From an uncultured virus (IMG/VR IMGVR_UViG_3300035327_000120) (lineage: Duplodnaviria; Heunggongvirae; Uroviricota; Caudoviricetes), in IMG/VR virus record IMGVR_UViG_3300035327_000120: a DNA stretch of 64,000 nt. One strand, 5' to 3'. The position numbers and the translations under genes are program-made. Positions within the stretch are counted from its first letter, which is position 1, and every line of letters starts with the position of its first letter. A model generated the notes under the pieces. The model worked only from the letters and a program-made list of their open reading frames with translations, was not told where the DNA came from and searched no databases. Of this stretch, positions 10,305 through 21,846 are shown one piece after another.

Positions 10305-11880
10305 AGTCAGGAGTAATTTGATTGAGTATTTCTTTCAAAGCATCGCAGAGGGCCGACTCATAGGAACGATGTGTCTTTGGCTGAATGTTTACATCGGTAC
10401 GCTGGCTCCACCGCCAAAAGTAACCTATCCTATCTCCAGTCTTGCTATTGAATTTAGGACTGATAACTATGTCTATTCCCAGTTCCTCACGCAGATACTT
10501 GGCAGCTTCATCTATTCTCATTTTGGGGAGCATGATGTAATCGGTAACTTCTTTCATAATCAGTTCTTCCTCACACCATTCTTCATGCTTAGTTTCAGGA
10601 ATAGGCTTAAAATATTTTCTGCCAGTCCATTTATTGATGTTGAGTCCTAATACCGTCATCTGCATCGCCTGTTCTTCCGTAATATAAATGTCAATCATTT
10701 TTGCCCTCCTTTCTTGCACTCGCAATTCTCATCATGGCAGATGCCGATACCGTGGCCGTACTGATACAGGAGATATGAGTGGCCCTCATAGTTGAACTTC
10801 GTAATACAAGAGGCACAGCGTTTGTCCTGCTCTCTTTGCCAATCCTCATGCGTATATGGCTGCTCCTTGCAAGAGGTCAGAGCCAAGCTCACGGCTATTG
10901 CTACTAATATCTTTTTCATTGTTCCAGTTGTTTTTTGTCTTTGTCTTTATTCATCTGGAGCATAAATCGAAAAGGTCTTTGTTCTCTACGAGAAGCGACA
11001 TAATCAGTTCATAGACCGCATCGAGCGCATTGTCATGTTCTCCAGTTGTATGTAGTTGCATCGGTATCCCATCTTCGTAGGCTGATACGGTGTTAAGAAG
11101 ATAGCCAGCACGATACCGCCGACCATTCTTAGTCATGGCCTCTTGCAGAGTAAGCAGATACAGGAGATTGTTCCACGTCCTTATCCCTGCCGGCAGAACT
11201 GTTTCCATGATGTCAGAGAGTGAGAGGGCCGGAGCGAGGGTATAGTCCTCGATTGACTCTTTGAGAAAGAAGAAATCAGCAAACTCTTTGCTGACGGCCT
11301 GCGGCCTCTCTCCGTCGAGTTTCAGCCATAAGGCACTTGCCCCTGACAAATCTATCCTTTCGTTCTGCAAACGCTGGGCCTGCTTAATCGTTAAATATTG
11401 CCTGTTATTCATTGCCATTCAGTTTATCCGTTGAGGTTTCTTTGTCAGAATGCGATACCAGTTCCGGCCGTCAATTACTTTTGGCCGTTTAGAGATTACG
11501 AAAGTGGCAGCTCGTTGAGCTTTTATTTCATTCAGGATAGTATGCACTGCTTTTGCTCCGGCAAAGCACAACCTATCTTTATAGTCATGGTTGCTAAGTT
11601 TTCTCAAAGAGAAGCCGGGCAAATCGTCACCAAAAGCGACGAGCCATTCTTTTGTTTCATCATCATAAGCCAATAATCCTTTACCTCCCTTTTCTAATCC
11701 TAAGTCATCGGCTATCAGATTATTCAGATAAAACACTCCTGTTTTACGATTGACATTCACGAGCCACTGCGTAGGTGGGTGATTGTTGGTGCATTCTTTC
11801 GCAAAGATTTTGAGAGCCATAATCCAGTTATATTGCAAAAGCGAACTGCTTTTTGGTTTGACATGATACAACACTCTCAT
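10288..11880 (-). other. Hypothetical CDSs 10288-10725, 10695-10919 (lipoprotein signal LTSC), 10951-11418, 11419-11880
   Basis: Co-oriented abutting ORFs; 10695-10919 begins MKKILVAIAVSLALTSC. Confidence 0.65.
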
Positions 11881-12337
11881 ACTCCTTTACTTGACGCTCT
11901 TTCAGATTAAGGCAGTCGGCAGTATCTCTTATCGAGTAGCCTTGCATTCTCATTTCCCAAACAGAGAGTTGAGCAGTTGAGAACGTACTGCGAATGAAAG
12001 AGCAAATCGACCTCACAAGACCGGCGCGGTCTTTTTTAGGTTCTTCTTCCTCAACCGTATCAGGGAGTAAGGTAAAGAATAGGTCGTCCGGGTGGCTGAT
12101 CGTATAGGACTCGTTCAGATTATGCCGGGAGATTTGCCGATATGTTGTCAGGAATATTTTGCGATAGCCGGAGGCTGTGGCTGGCAAACTTTTACTCGTT
12201 ACGATTGTGAGATATGCTTCATGGAAAGCATCATCATCGAAAACACTCATCAAACCGATACTCTCTTTGAGCCTTGCGTAGTTCATTACAAACCAATCGT
12301 CAAAGGCCATTTTCTCCTTATTGTTTCGTTTAGGCAT
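11828..12337 (-). CDS. Sigma-70/ECF-like transcription factor
   Basis: DDDAFHEAYL (region 2-like) and C-terminal HTH WEMRMQGYSIRDTADCLNL. Confidence 0.55.
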   Translation of the reverse strand: MPKRNNKEKMAFDDWFVMNYARLKESIGLMSVFDDDAFHEAYLTIVTSKSLPATASGYRKIFLTTYRQISRHNLNESYTISHPDDLFFTLLPDTVEEEEPKKDRAGLVRSICSFIRSTFSTAQLSVWEMRMQGYSIRDTADCLNLKERQVKEYESVVSCQTKKQFAFAI

Positions 12338-12469
12338 GGCTGGCTCGGTTAGATGATGATTGACATTTTCGTTCTCACTGCGCCTGACAAGACGTTTAGA
12401 CCGTATCTCCCAGTCCGGTCAAGAGCCACAATTTGGCCCTTGACCTTTCCGAGGATTGCTTGCTTATTT

Positions 12470-13084
12470 TCAGGCTTCTTCATTCTTGCAGGCTGCTTTG
12501 GGAATGAAGCAGAAATCGGCGTAGATGTCGCCAAACTGCTTGGCGGCATATTCTGCCAATTCCTCATTCTTGAAGGCGAGCCGAGAGCCGAAGTGCGTGC
12601 TCGAGTACGTAGAAACGATGTACGCGTTCGAGTAAACGAGGCCGCCAATCGCACCCGCACTGTAGTGCGCACGGCCAACGACACGGCGTTCTTCCTTTTC
12701 TTCGTCGGACATTCCCTCGACCTCTTCTTTGGTGAGGAAATCGTACCAAGCGTACCAGCGACGCTCGCCTTCTGTGAACTGGGGCTTCCACCCCTCGTTG
12801 AGGGCTTCGGTGATTACGCGCAGAGTAACGTATGCCATGATGTCGGCAGTGTCCGGGTCTTTCTCGGATACGGAGTAACCGTACTTGATAGAGCGCCATG
12901 CCTTGACGGCAGGCTGGTCATCACCGAGTTCACGCACAGCGTCGTCTAACGTCTGCACTCGTTTGGTTACAGGGATTAACTCGGAGAACTCATCACCAAG
13001 AGCCTCCTTGATTGCTTTTCGGGCTTCATCACCACCAGTGCGGTATAGAGCCACAAGCTGTTCATCTGAAAATTCGATTTTCAT
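12470..13084 (-). CDS. DGR target 2: 204-aa protein carrying remote variable region
   Basis: Contains VR2 encoding RVVGRA...GSRLAF; no signal peptide or TM segment seen. Confidence 0.9.
   Translation of the reverse strand: MKIEFSDEQLVALYRTGGDEARKAIKEALGDEFSELIPVTKRVQTLDDAVRELGDDQPAVKAWRSIKYGYSVSEKDPDTADIMAYVTLRVITEALNEGWKPQFTEGERRWYAWYDFLTKEEVEGMSDEEKEERRVVGRAHYSAGAIGGLVYSNAYIVSTYSSTHFGSRLAFKNEELAEYAAKQFGDIYADFCFIPKAACKNEEA
12569..12687 (-). repeat. DGR variable region VR2
   Basis: Ungapped 119-bp match to TR 26313-26431; 15 mismatches, all at TR adenines (coding strand). Confidence 0.95.
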
Positions 13085-13140
13085 CTTGTTTCGGTTAATA
13101 TGTTGAACTTATTTGCTTATAGGTGTGGTTTGATTTCCAC

Positions 13141-13220
13141 AATGCAAAACTACACATAAATTATCTTTTATACAAGTTTTGCAGTGATTATTTTCGACCG
13201 AAATCGCATTTTTAACTTTT
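13141..13220 (-). promoter_or_regulatory. Conserved phage promoter element copy 2, directly upstream of DGR target 2
   Basis: Minus TAGTTTTG at 13145-13152, AGATAATTT spacer, AAAAGTTAAAAAT box. Confidence 0.75.
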
Positions 13221-16200
13221 GGGGAGTGGTGGAATAGGATTATCGTAGATACGGTTGATAACCTCTGGCATCAACACCTCGATACTGCCATTGCCGCCGT
13301 TTCTTATATATGCTTCGGAGTCTGTATCGCCTCTGTTGAGAGCAACCATTACTGCCCCCTCAATAGCCGCATGGGTATCAAGAGCCGACCACCCTCGCAG
13401 TTTACGAGCAACAGGATTAGCCCACTCCACGAAAAAACCGGTGCCTCCGTGGTTGTGGCCGAGGCCGAATGTAGTTACAGAGTAATACGGCTCACAGCAC
13501 CTTTCGTAAACGTATCTATCAATAATCAGCCATCGTTTGGCGAGTGTCCTAACATAATGAAGATAGTCCTCCTTTGAACCGTTGGAATGCGTGTAACTCT
13601 CAAACGGCCACTGCCAGTTCATTTGTTCTGCTCTTTGGTTGACAAAAAGAGGTCCGTCAACACTTTCATCTTTGCGCCGATCTTGATACTGTCGATAGAG
13701 TCGGCCACGGAAATATACCACTTTTCGCCTCTCTTCGCCATGTTCAGACACTATAAAGGCGACTGGAGCCTTATCCGAGGTGATTTCAGGAATGGAAAGT
13801 TTAACTATGCACTCCTTATCCTCATGTCTGGGTTTCCGACATCGAGGCGGAACTTTCCACTCTCGGTATTTCATGCGAAATTCAATCTTCATATTCTTGC
13901 CGTTTGAGAGTTGCCATGTATTCTGCAATCTCTTTCTCCAGTTGTTCCCTTGGGGTCTTGATGTTCTTACGGCACCTGAAATATCTCCCCTCGGCAGTAA
14001 AGCAGAATGGAAAGATATTGCCGTAATACGGCTCGCCGACGAAGAACATATTGTTCATGTTCCTCGCCGGCGGCAGGCAGTCGTAACTATCATAATAGGT
14101 GTCGCGGTCGATTTCTTCCACCGGGCCGTTGTGCAGACGCTCCTCGTATTGGAGATAGAGTTGGCGAATACTTTCCGCCCCCACTATCTAGAGGCAGGGA
14201 TTGTTATGCGTTTCTCGCAGTTGCTCGATCGTTTGGCCGGTATATGTGCAATGCACATCGTCGGCCATGCTCGTAACTACCGAGCCATCGAATAACTCTG
14301 TGGGGTCGATTACGTATTTCATGCCTTATCGTTCTTCGATTATGGTTAAGCAGAAGCCACTCTCACTTGCTATCTTCTTGATAGTGGGTATGTATTGATA
14401 GCCGGGGAGCATCAGGCGTACTTTGCGTCTATGGCCGGGATAATTCTTGTGTGTCAGGATTGCTATATACTCCTTGTCGGAAATATACATACCCTCGTAT
14501 TCTACTGTTATCATAGTGCTTGGTATAACTTGTTACTTAACTCCTTTTTGGCCTCCGAGTCATCATAGCCAAATAACACATGGACTGCTGCCGAGATTGC
14601 GGAGGTGGTCAGTTGACGCTGCCATGCACCCTCGGTGGGCGCCCAGTGGAAAGCACACTTTTTCAGACTATCTCTGACTGTGGCCGAGGGCTTCTCATCG
14701 TAGACAATCTGGAGTCGGTTTTCGGCATAGTTCACCACAATAGTACAGCCCTCGGCAGGAAATTCGGCACTCTCGCGTTCAGCGTTTTTCTTCATTACTG
14801 CCTCTCTCCATTTGCAGGTTTCAGCCAGTTTCCAGACTTTGTGCCGGGGAGTGAATATCGGTTTACGGAGTCTTGCGCTGTATTCTTTGATATAGTCAAG
14901 AGCAGCCACCACCAATGCCGACTGCCCGTTGTGGGCTTTTCGCTCTATCTTGCCGTATAGACTTGATACGAACAGGGCGCGGTTATAGCCACGGGCGCGG
15001 CCCTCGTCAATATCCACGATTGAGGACATGGTCGGTAGGAGTTCTTTTCTGAAATTCTCCCACTCTTCAGCGGCTCGTTGTTCAGGAGTTTTCGCAGCCT
15101 CGATACGACGGAGAACACCTTTGGCATAATTCTCTCGCCACTTGTTGAAATCCTCAACAGCCTTATCGTAGGCGTTGTTGGCAGATGTATTCCTGCGATT
15201 GTTGAAGCGAGCTGGGCCGGTTATCATCGGGCTAAGAATGCTTGATTGCTTGGAGAACAAGATGCCGACCCAGTTCTTGAACTTGTCGTAGTATGCCTCA
15301 CGTTCTGCCTCCGGGATTTTTTCAATGTCAGACAGGAGCAGCGTTTCGTACATACGAATATACTGCATGGAGCGCTGTTCGGGTACATGGCTGGTGCCGG
15401 AGAAAGCCCTGACACCTTGCTCGTATAGACTTTCAAGGTTCATGTCATACGCCCACTCCACGGCTTCCCATTCTTGGAGCGTGAGGTCGATGTCCTTGAC
15501 CTCTACACTTTCGCCGGTGGCGATGTTTGTTGCGATGTTATAGAATGTTTCAGAGAAGAAGCCGCTATGCTCGGACTTGCCGTGCCACGACCATTTCCAT
15601 TCTCCTTTTTCAGGTGCCGATTTCAGGCGTACCTTGATTGCCCGGTGGCAGTTCCGTAAGGATAAAGTTGTTGCTTCCATATTCGTTTCAGGTTATACTT
15701 ATTTGCTTAATCAAGCAGAGAGTCGATCTGCTTCTTGACCTCTGCGGCCAGTTCCAATCCGGCAGGGCCGAATGCCTGTGCCTCGCTTAACGCGCTGGCC
15801 TCGTATGTCAGACAGGCAAAGGTCTTATCCGGGAGGCTGATATTGAGGCGAGGTTTGCCCCAAAACATATCTATGTGTATTCGAGGATTGCCGTTGCAGC
15901 CGCCTATCTTTTCTTCCTCAAAGGTGGGGATTATGTATCGACAGGTCTTTATGTCGACCACTTGACCGCTTTTTCTTGCGGCTATGCCTATGGCCACGTT
16001 TCCCCAAAACTGATCGTTTAGGGCATTATGAGTGGCCGGGGCCTCAACCTCAATGTATCCGTATTTTTGGGCGAGGTTCTGTGCTACTGCGAGCATTGCG
16101 TCATTTACTGTCATATTTCAGGAGTTTACTTATTTGCTTATTTGTTGTGGAGAGGACCGACATTTCTGCCCTCTCCGTGAATATCTTACTTATAACTGAT

Positions 16201-16629
16201 TTCCAAGTAATTCAGGCCAAAGGTGTCCGATATGGAAACGAAACTATTGAAGCGAGGCTCAAAGTGCATGGAGAAGAACCATTGGCGAACTTGATAACTA
16301 CCTACTTTGAGCAGTTTCTCCATTTCCCAAGTAATCTGGTCGAGCTTCCAACCTATCTTCTGCTGTATCTTTTCGGCAAAATAGATGAGCATTGAGCTCA
16401 TTGCATCATTGCGAGCCTTGATGCGTGTGCCATACAGGAGTGTAGCTTGAACATCACGAGCAATCTCTCCCTTTTCGGAGTTAATGTCGTTTGCCATATC
16501 TTCCAACTCCCACTTTTCATCGTCCGAGAGGTTGAAGATTTTGACCATGTTACGAATGTCCTGTTTTTTAATTACTTTTCTCATCTTTGAGGTGTTATTG
16601 TTTGTTTTTGATAGTACAAAACTAATCAA
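13212..16629 (-). other. Hypothetical CDS array (13212-13928, 13882-~14320, 14326-14514, 14511-15680, 15707-16114, 16186-~16584)
   Basis: Co-oriented ORFs; 14511-15680 (389 aa) ends in ENRLQIVYDEKP...FHWAPTEGAWQRQLT, a motif common in mobile-element proteins. Confidence 0.7.
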
Positions 16630-16703
16630 AAATTATCTTTTGTGCAAGTTTTTCAATGCGAATTTTCGTGCTTAACACCTTGATTTCGTGATTTTTAACT
16701 TTT
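16606..16703 (-). promoter_or_regulatory. Conserved phage promoter element copy 3
   Basis: tttgatagtacaaaactaatcaaaaattatcttttgtgcaag, identical core to copy near 45930. Confidence 0.75.
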
Positions 16704-17148
16704 AATTCCACCCTCGTCCCTGAATGAATAGAAGCCGTGTTGTGGCCCGATTATCAGGCTGTCATGGAGCTTGATGTCAAGCAGGGCAAGACCTTCGGCC
16801 ATTTTCCGAGTCAGGCTATCATCTTGAATGGAGGGCCGGAGTTGGCCGGAGGGGTGATTATGAACAAAAATCACACTCGAAGCTAATGCGTCAATCGCAT
16901 ACTTGGGCAACCAGTCGAACATCGACAATCGTTGCCGATACTCCACCCTGCGCAATCTTCGCCCAACCGATTGTCATGTTCCCTTGATTGAGCAGAATTA
17001 TAAACGCGCTCTCGTAGATGGCTATGTCATCATGGTAGAACTGTCGAGCAAACTTTTCCGCATCAGCAGAACATAAGATTTTGACAACCGGCACCTCGTT
17101 GGTGGTGGCTTTCAGAGTAAACTCCGTTGCCTTTGCGTTCTTTGTCAT
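16695..17148 (-). pseudogene. RadC/JAB-domain gene split by a 1-nt frameshift
   Basis: YESAFIILLN...GGVSATIVDVRLVA continues in another frame as KYAIDALASSVIFVHNHPSG...SIQD...LHDSLII; extra C at 16905-16907. Confidence 0.8.
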
Positions 17149-17958
17149 ACCATTACTGGGATAGGTCGGTTAGCGTATTCAGGGGACTCGATGAAGAACC
17201 AGTTATAGTCTTTCAGCTTATAACCTATCCAGTCAAAGAGGGGCGCCCATATAGCGTATAACGCCGACGTGTCTGTGAGTTGGAATGTCCGGCCAACGCC
17301 GGAGCCGTCCTCGGCCATTAGAGTGGCGCACACTCGACCGGGTATTTTAGTGAGCATTAAAGTCGCGCCTATTTTCTCATCTTCTTCAGTCCAAAGTTCA
17401 AGAGAGAACTTTGCTTCTGAAATCTTGCCTCCGAGCATTCTTTTTATTTCGGAAGCTATTACCATTTCATGTAAGTGCTTACTCATCTTCGTATTTCTTA
17501 AAAACTTATTTGCTTATCTGTTTAGTTGAGAGGGAGAGCCTTGAGTGTCTTGAGGTGATGGCCGTCTTTATACCACCTTACCTCGACAATCCTGACTGAC
17601 GGTGAGAGGAAACGTCCAATGTCCTGCTGGGTCTTAATCTGGAGTGCGAGCCATTTGGCCGTATTCTTGGTGCGTTTGATAAGGGTTTTCTTAAACTTTA
17701 ACACCATATCCTCCGTATCTATCTCCACTCTGTAATTCTCGGAGTTTAATATCCGGTTGAGGTCAGAGGTCAATTTTTCTATTCGGCTACTCATGTCAGA
17801 GAGGATTATTTGCGTTTGGCAATCTCCGCAACCACGAGCGAGAGGAATGTATTTGTATATTCGCAGGGGTTAGAGGCGAACATCATTTTAGCCATTTCCA
17901 ACTGGGCGTTCAGGTTTTCAGTTGAAAGAGTTGAGAGGGTATTTTTAATTGCGTCCAT
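17145..17958 (-). other. Hypothetical CDSs 17145-17486, 17522-17794, 17806-17958
   Basis: Co-oriented ORFs downstream of promoter copy 4. Confidence 0.65.
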
Positions 17959-17969
17959 ATTATTGTTTA

Positions 17970-18082
17970 TGTTTTATTTTGATAATGCAAATCTAATCAA
18001 AAATTATCTTTTACACAAGTTTTTTGAGTAATTATTTTAGTCTTAAATACTTGTAAATCTGATTTTTAACTTTTGCTCACAT
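17970..18082 (-). promoter_or_regulatory. Conserved phage promoter element copy 4
   Basis: Minus TAGATTTG -7 box; about 110 bp highly similar to 45921-46032. Confidence 0.75.
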
Positions 18083-18086
18083 ATAC

Positions 18087-18122
18087 TAAAAGAGCGATAA
18101 CGCCAAATTGACACTATCGCTC
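18087..18122 (-). terminator. Probable intrinsic terminator after lysis genes
   Basis: gagcgata...tatcgctc inverted repeat followed by TTTT on minus strand. Confidence 0.5.
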
Positions 18123-18144
18123 AATATTCCTCATTTTTCGATTT

Positions 18145-18711
18145 TCAAAATGACCACAAGTTAACGGAGATACCTATGCCGGCATACGGCTGAAATCCTT
18201 TCGGCGTCATTCCATATCCAACTTGTAAGCCGATACTGAACCTCTTGGACTTGGTGGGTTCACGGATACGAATTGTAGTAGTCCGCTGTCTTATGAAAAT
18301 ACTGTCCATAGTGGCCCGGTAGCCACTGATATATGCTCTGTAATATTCCGTTTCGTAAACCTTTTGGGTAATGGGGATAATCACCTTGGCAGAGTCGCCG
18401 CGCTCCACTATGGCAAGTGTTTCAGGTGCAGGCAGCGTAACGGAGGACGCGCTGTCGGTACTTTCGGGAGGTGGAGATATCGGAACAATCTCATACTTAT
18501 AGCGTACCACCACACTATCACGAATGGCCGGCGCCATGTCCGAGATTGTAGTTTCAGATGTGGTGCTGTCAACTACCACGGCCTCTGAACTCGGAATTAC
18601 ATTCCCAGACTGGCAACTACGGCCGATGAAAAATGAGGCTGCGCAGAGAATGAGAGCCACTATTACATACGATAATTTCTTCATTGTGTCAATAGGTCTA
18701 TGATGTAGCAC
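18145..18711 (-). CDS. Lysis-associated membrane protein (spanin-like)
   Basis: N-terminal TM segment, C-terminal IGLQVGYG...PYAGIGISVN; follows endolysin. Confidence 0.55.
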   Translation of the reverse strand: MLHHRPIDTMKKLSYVIVALILCAASFFIGRSCQSGNVIPSSEAVVVDSTTSETTISDMAPAIRDSVVVRYKYEIVPISPPPESTDSASSVTLPAPETLAIVERGDSAKVIIPITQKVYETEYYRAYISGYRATMDSIFIRQRTTTIRIREPTKSKRFSIGLQVGYGMTPKGFQPYAGIGISVNLWSF

Positions 18712-18777
18712 ACGAGAAGGCCGAGGATAAATCCGGTAATGTTCTCGGCTACTGCTTTCAGTTGTCGGTATTCATAA

Positions 18778-19416
18778 TCACGCATAAATGAAGCCTTCGT
18801 AGGCTATGCCGTTCACTCTGCGGTTCCACCCTTTCAGGAATTTTCTTTGAGAGGGGGCACGGTTCACTATCTCCTTGAAATGCTTGAGTCTGTCAGCATG
18901 GAGTTCAGCAAAAAGTTTCTGCGGATCTGAACTATTGACAGCGGCAAGTGTTTTGGGGCCTGCAATGCCGTCGACCGACACGCCGAGTATCCGCTGGGGA
19001 CGCTTGATGCCAGTAACTCCACTCGCCCAAACCCAGTCAACAAGGATATTGGCGAGAGCCTGATTTTCTATCTGGTCTGCTTTCCACCTATCCCAAAAGA
19101 GCGTTTTGAGAATGTCAAGCCATACGGCATACGATAAATTCTTCAATCCTGACTCCGTGGCCTTGATATGCTTGCGGTTGCAATACATAGCATAGGTAGC
19201 GTATGTAACGCCACACATAGTAAGACCGCCGCGATCGTCAGGGTCGTTGGCGAGGCCAGTTTTACGGCATTCCTCAAACTGCTTTTCAAAAGGTAGCAGG
19301 GAGGGGTCATAAACACGCTTCTTTTTTCCGTCGACCGTTACTGTCTTGAAGCAACTTTTGGCGCCACCGGCCTCGTAATACAGAATGAACGGTACGATGT
19401 TCTCTACTTTTGCCAT
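18778..19416 (-). CDS. Endolysin, glycoside hydrolase family 108 with peptidoglycan-binding domain
   Basis: DPDDRGGLTMCGVT, DWVWASG, VDGIAGPKTLAAVN, KFLKGWNRR. Confidence 0.9.
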   Translation of the reverse strand: MAKVENIVPFILYYEAGGAKSCFKTVTVDGKKKRVYDPSLLPFEKQFEECRKTGLANDPDDRGGLTMCGVTYATYAMYCNRKHIKATESGLKNLSYAVWLDILKTLFWDRWKADQIENQALANILVDWVWASGVTGIKRPQRILGVSVDGIAGPKTLAAVNSSDPQKLFAELHADRLKHFKEIVNRAPSQRKFLKGWNRRVNGIAYEGFIYA

Positions 19417-19418
19417 GA

Positions 19419-19898
19419 TTATACGGTTTTGCTTTCTTCAATCTTCTTATCCTCCAAGAGGCTTGCAATCTTCTGAAATATCTGTTGCGCCTCCTTTTCA
19501 CTTGCAGCATCGCATATTCCCTGCCATATATCGGGGAGTTGTGCAGTTTGACTCTTCCGACGTTTGGCGTGTTCAAACATGGATTTTATCTCCACTACGA
19601 TTAGCCCGATACCGAATAGCATTACCATGAAAGGCAGAACGTAGAACGAGAACAGGAAGCCTATGCAGTCCACTAAAAAGCCGATAACGATGAAGCGCCA
19701 ATACTCCGACATTTTCTGTACTGTTACTCGCAGCTTGTGAGAATGGACTTTCTTATGGAGTTTCTTGGCCGTACTAACGCCGTCCCAAAGGTCAAGCATT
19801 ATTGCAGCAATAACTAAAAGGCTTATTCCGAGGAAAATTCCCAGAAAAAGCATTAGCTTCTGTACCGGTATTATGTCAGTCGAGATTATCTCTATCAT
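19419..19898 (-). CDS. Holin-like membrane protein
   Basis: Three hydrophobic segments, DLWDGV...K...EIKSMFE pattern; directly upstream of endolysin. Confidence 0.7.
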   Translation of the reverse strand: MIEIISTDIIPVQKLMLFLGIFLGISLLVIAAIMLDLWDGVSTAKKLHKKVHSHKLRVTVQKMSEYWRFIVIGFLVDCIGFLFSFYVLPFMVMLFGIGLIVVEIKSMFEHAKRRKSQTAQLPDIWQGICDAASEKEAQQIFQKIASLLEDKKIEESKTV

Positions 19899-20033
19899 GG
19901 TGTCGATGTGTCTATTAGTTGAAGCAAAGTTATAAAGAACACGCCACCTTGATAATAAAGTAACCGACCAAACTGCTGAACGCATTTATTCAGCCGCCCG
20001 GTCGGTTACAAACCTAAAACGAAACTTATGTGG

Positions 20034-20801
20034 TTAGACGTGTACCCCTATATCTGCGAGGTTTGTTTCGGACTCCATGCTGCTATCCACGACTGGAGGT
20101 TCAGGAATAACAGGCTGAACGGATTGGGTTCCGGAATTACTGACACCGGCCGCTTTACTTGTGCTGCTGGCAGGAGGTTCGAGAGTATCAGCGACTCCGA
20201 GGGGTTTTCTATTACCGTCATCAGCAATGCCACGACGTACACCCCGCAGCCTGTCAGTTCCAGTATGCCCCAGACTGCCACCGCGATTATCGCAGGTCAG
20301 TTCTTCTACTTGCTTGAAGAATGGAGCAATGGTCTGGTAAAACGTGAGCTGGGCGATACGAGAGCCTTTCCTGATAAGGAATGACTCATCACGGTTAATG
20401 ATGATGACATGGATTGTATCCGTGTGGTTCGGGTCAATCTTGCTTACGCATACGTCAGCATCGAAATACATCTTGCCTGACTTGGTGTCTGTAACAGGGA
20501 TTATGCCGAGGATTTTGCGCTTGATTACCTTTCTGGTGCCGTAGCCCTCAATACCTCGGAGGGAGCAGCCACTACGCGGCTCTATCTTTGCCTCAATCCC
20601 AACGGGGAGATTGATTGCGAGGTCTAACGGTATTGCGACTCTGGAGTGAGCCGGTACGCGAAAGTCATTCGGCAGACAAAGGTCATAGCCGATAGCACCG
20701 CGCACAGCCTTTTTCGGGAGTGCCGCATTTTCAGACAGGAGTTTTATTTCAAACTCCCTCTTGCGGATTTTGGCTTTTTCTGATTTAGTCGTTTTTGTCA
20801 T
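20034..20801 (-). CDS. dut: dUTPase (trimeric type), divergent
   Basis: GYDL, PRSG, KIDPNH, RIAQL, RGGSLGHTG motifs. Confidence 0.8.
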   Translation of the reverse strand: MTKTTKSEKAKIRKREFEIKLLSENAALPKKAVRGAIGYDLCLPNDFRVPAHSRVAIPLDLAINLPVGIEAKIEPRSGCSLRGIEGYGTRKVIKRKILGIIPVTDTKSGKMYFDADVCVSKIDPNHTDTIHVIIINRDESFLIRKGSRIAQLTFYQTIAPFFKQVEELTCDNRGGSLGHTGTDRLRGVRRGIADDGNRKPLGVADTLEPPASSTSKAAGVSNSGTQSVQPVIPEPPVVDSSMESETNLADIGVHV

Positions 20802-20881
20802 TGGGTAGCCTTGTTGAGTTTCCGAGAAGCAAGCGTTAAGCCGGATTGCCTAACGCTTACCCCATCGGTTGTGCTTGGTAT

Positions 20882-21604
20882 TTATTGTTTGGCGAAGGTG
20901 ACTCTGAGAGTTGAGGATTTGGTCGGGATCGGGGCGTTGATTGTTACCACTTCCCCGGTGGTCCGGTCTAATACGTCCATTGTGTCTGTGACACTTTTGA
21001 GGAACATCTGACGGGCCTTGATTTTGGTGTCGATGTCCTCTTTGGCCCGCATGAGTTCTGCATACTCGGCATCGTTGCTGCTCATGTAGTCATATCGGGT
21101 TGTGAAGGTGATACCAACTTTGGCACCGCCGAACTGGGCGTCCTTGCCGCGCTCTACGGCGGCTGCCTGTGTCAGTGCCACGATGTCGGCATTCTTCAGG
21201 AATTGCTCGGCAACCTCACCGATGGCCTTCATCTGAACAAAGGCGGTGATAGGGTCAACATTTCCGTTTACTACTTGTGCCACGAGGTCTGCCGCTACGT
21301 TGGCTTGTGCCTCTTTCGAGAGGACAGGTGCAGAGATGAATTTCTGCAAAGTTGTTGTTTCTTCCATAACGAGTTTCGTTTGAGGTTAGATGTTTGAATG
21401 CTTTGTTTTCTTGTAGTCGCGGATTGAGGACATGGTGAGCGAATACACGATGTACCATACGAATGCTGCGACTGCGAAGCCGGGGATATTGAAATGTCCG
21501 GCGAATAGGTGGAAGCCAATCCACGAGGTTACGAGGACGAGCATTATTGCTCCAAGAGCCACTTGGTAGCCGTCCATGATGAGCAGGGCTGTCTTTTCTT
21601 TCAT
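20882..21604 (-). other. Hypothetical CDSs 20882-21367 and 21386-21604 (two TM segments)
   Basis: ORFs downstream of promoter copy 5. Confidence 0.65.
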
Positions 21605-21654
21605 CTTGTTTCGTTTTAGAACTTATTTGCTTAGAGGTGTGAGTTTGATTTCAC

Positions 21655-21700
21655 AGTGCAAATCTAATCATAAATTATCTTTTATGCAAATTTTAACGGC
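21655..21700 (-). promoter_or_regulatory. Conserved phage promoter element copy 5
   Basis: gcaaatctaatcataaattatcttttatgcaaa; its 5' leader also resembles 13081-13140. Confidence 0.7.
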
Positions 21701-21846
21701 CTAAATCGCACCCTCCAACTAAAAAAATTAGTCCAACTTTACCAAATGATGACCACCTCAACAAAATCTCTGACAAGAGATTTTAGGACATTAGTATTCT
21801 TCTTTTTCTTATTCTTCTTAATATTATTAAATAGGAGTAATTTCGG

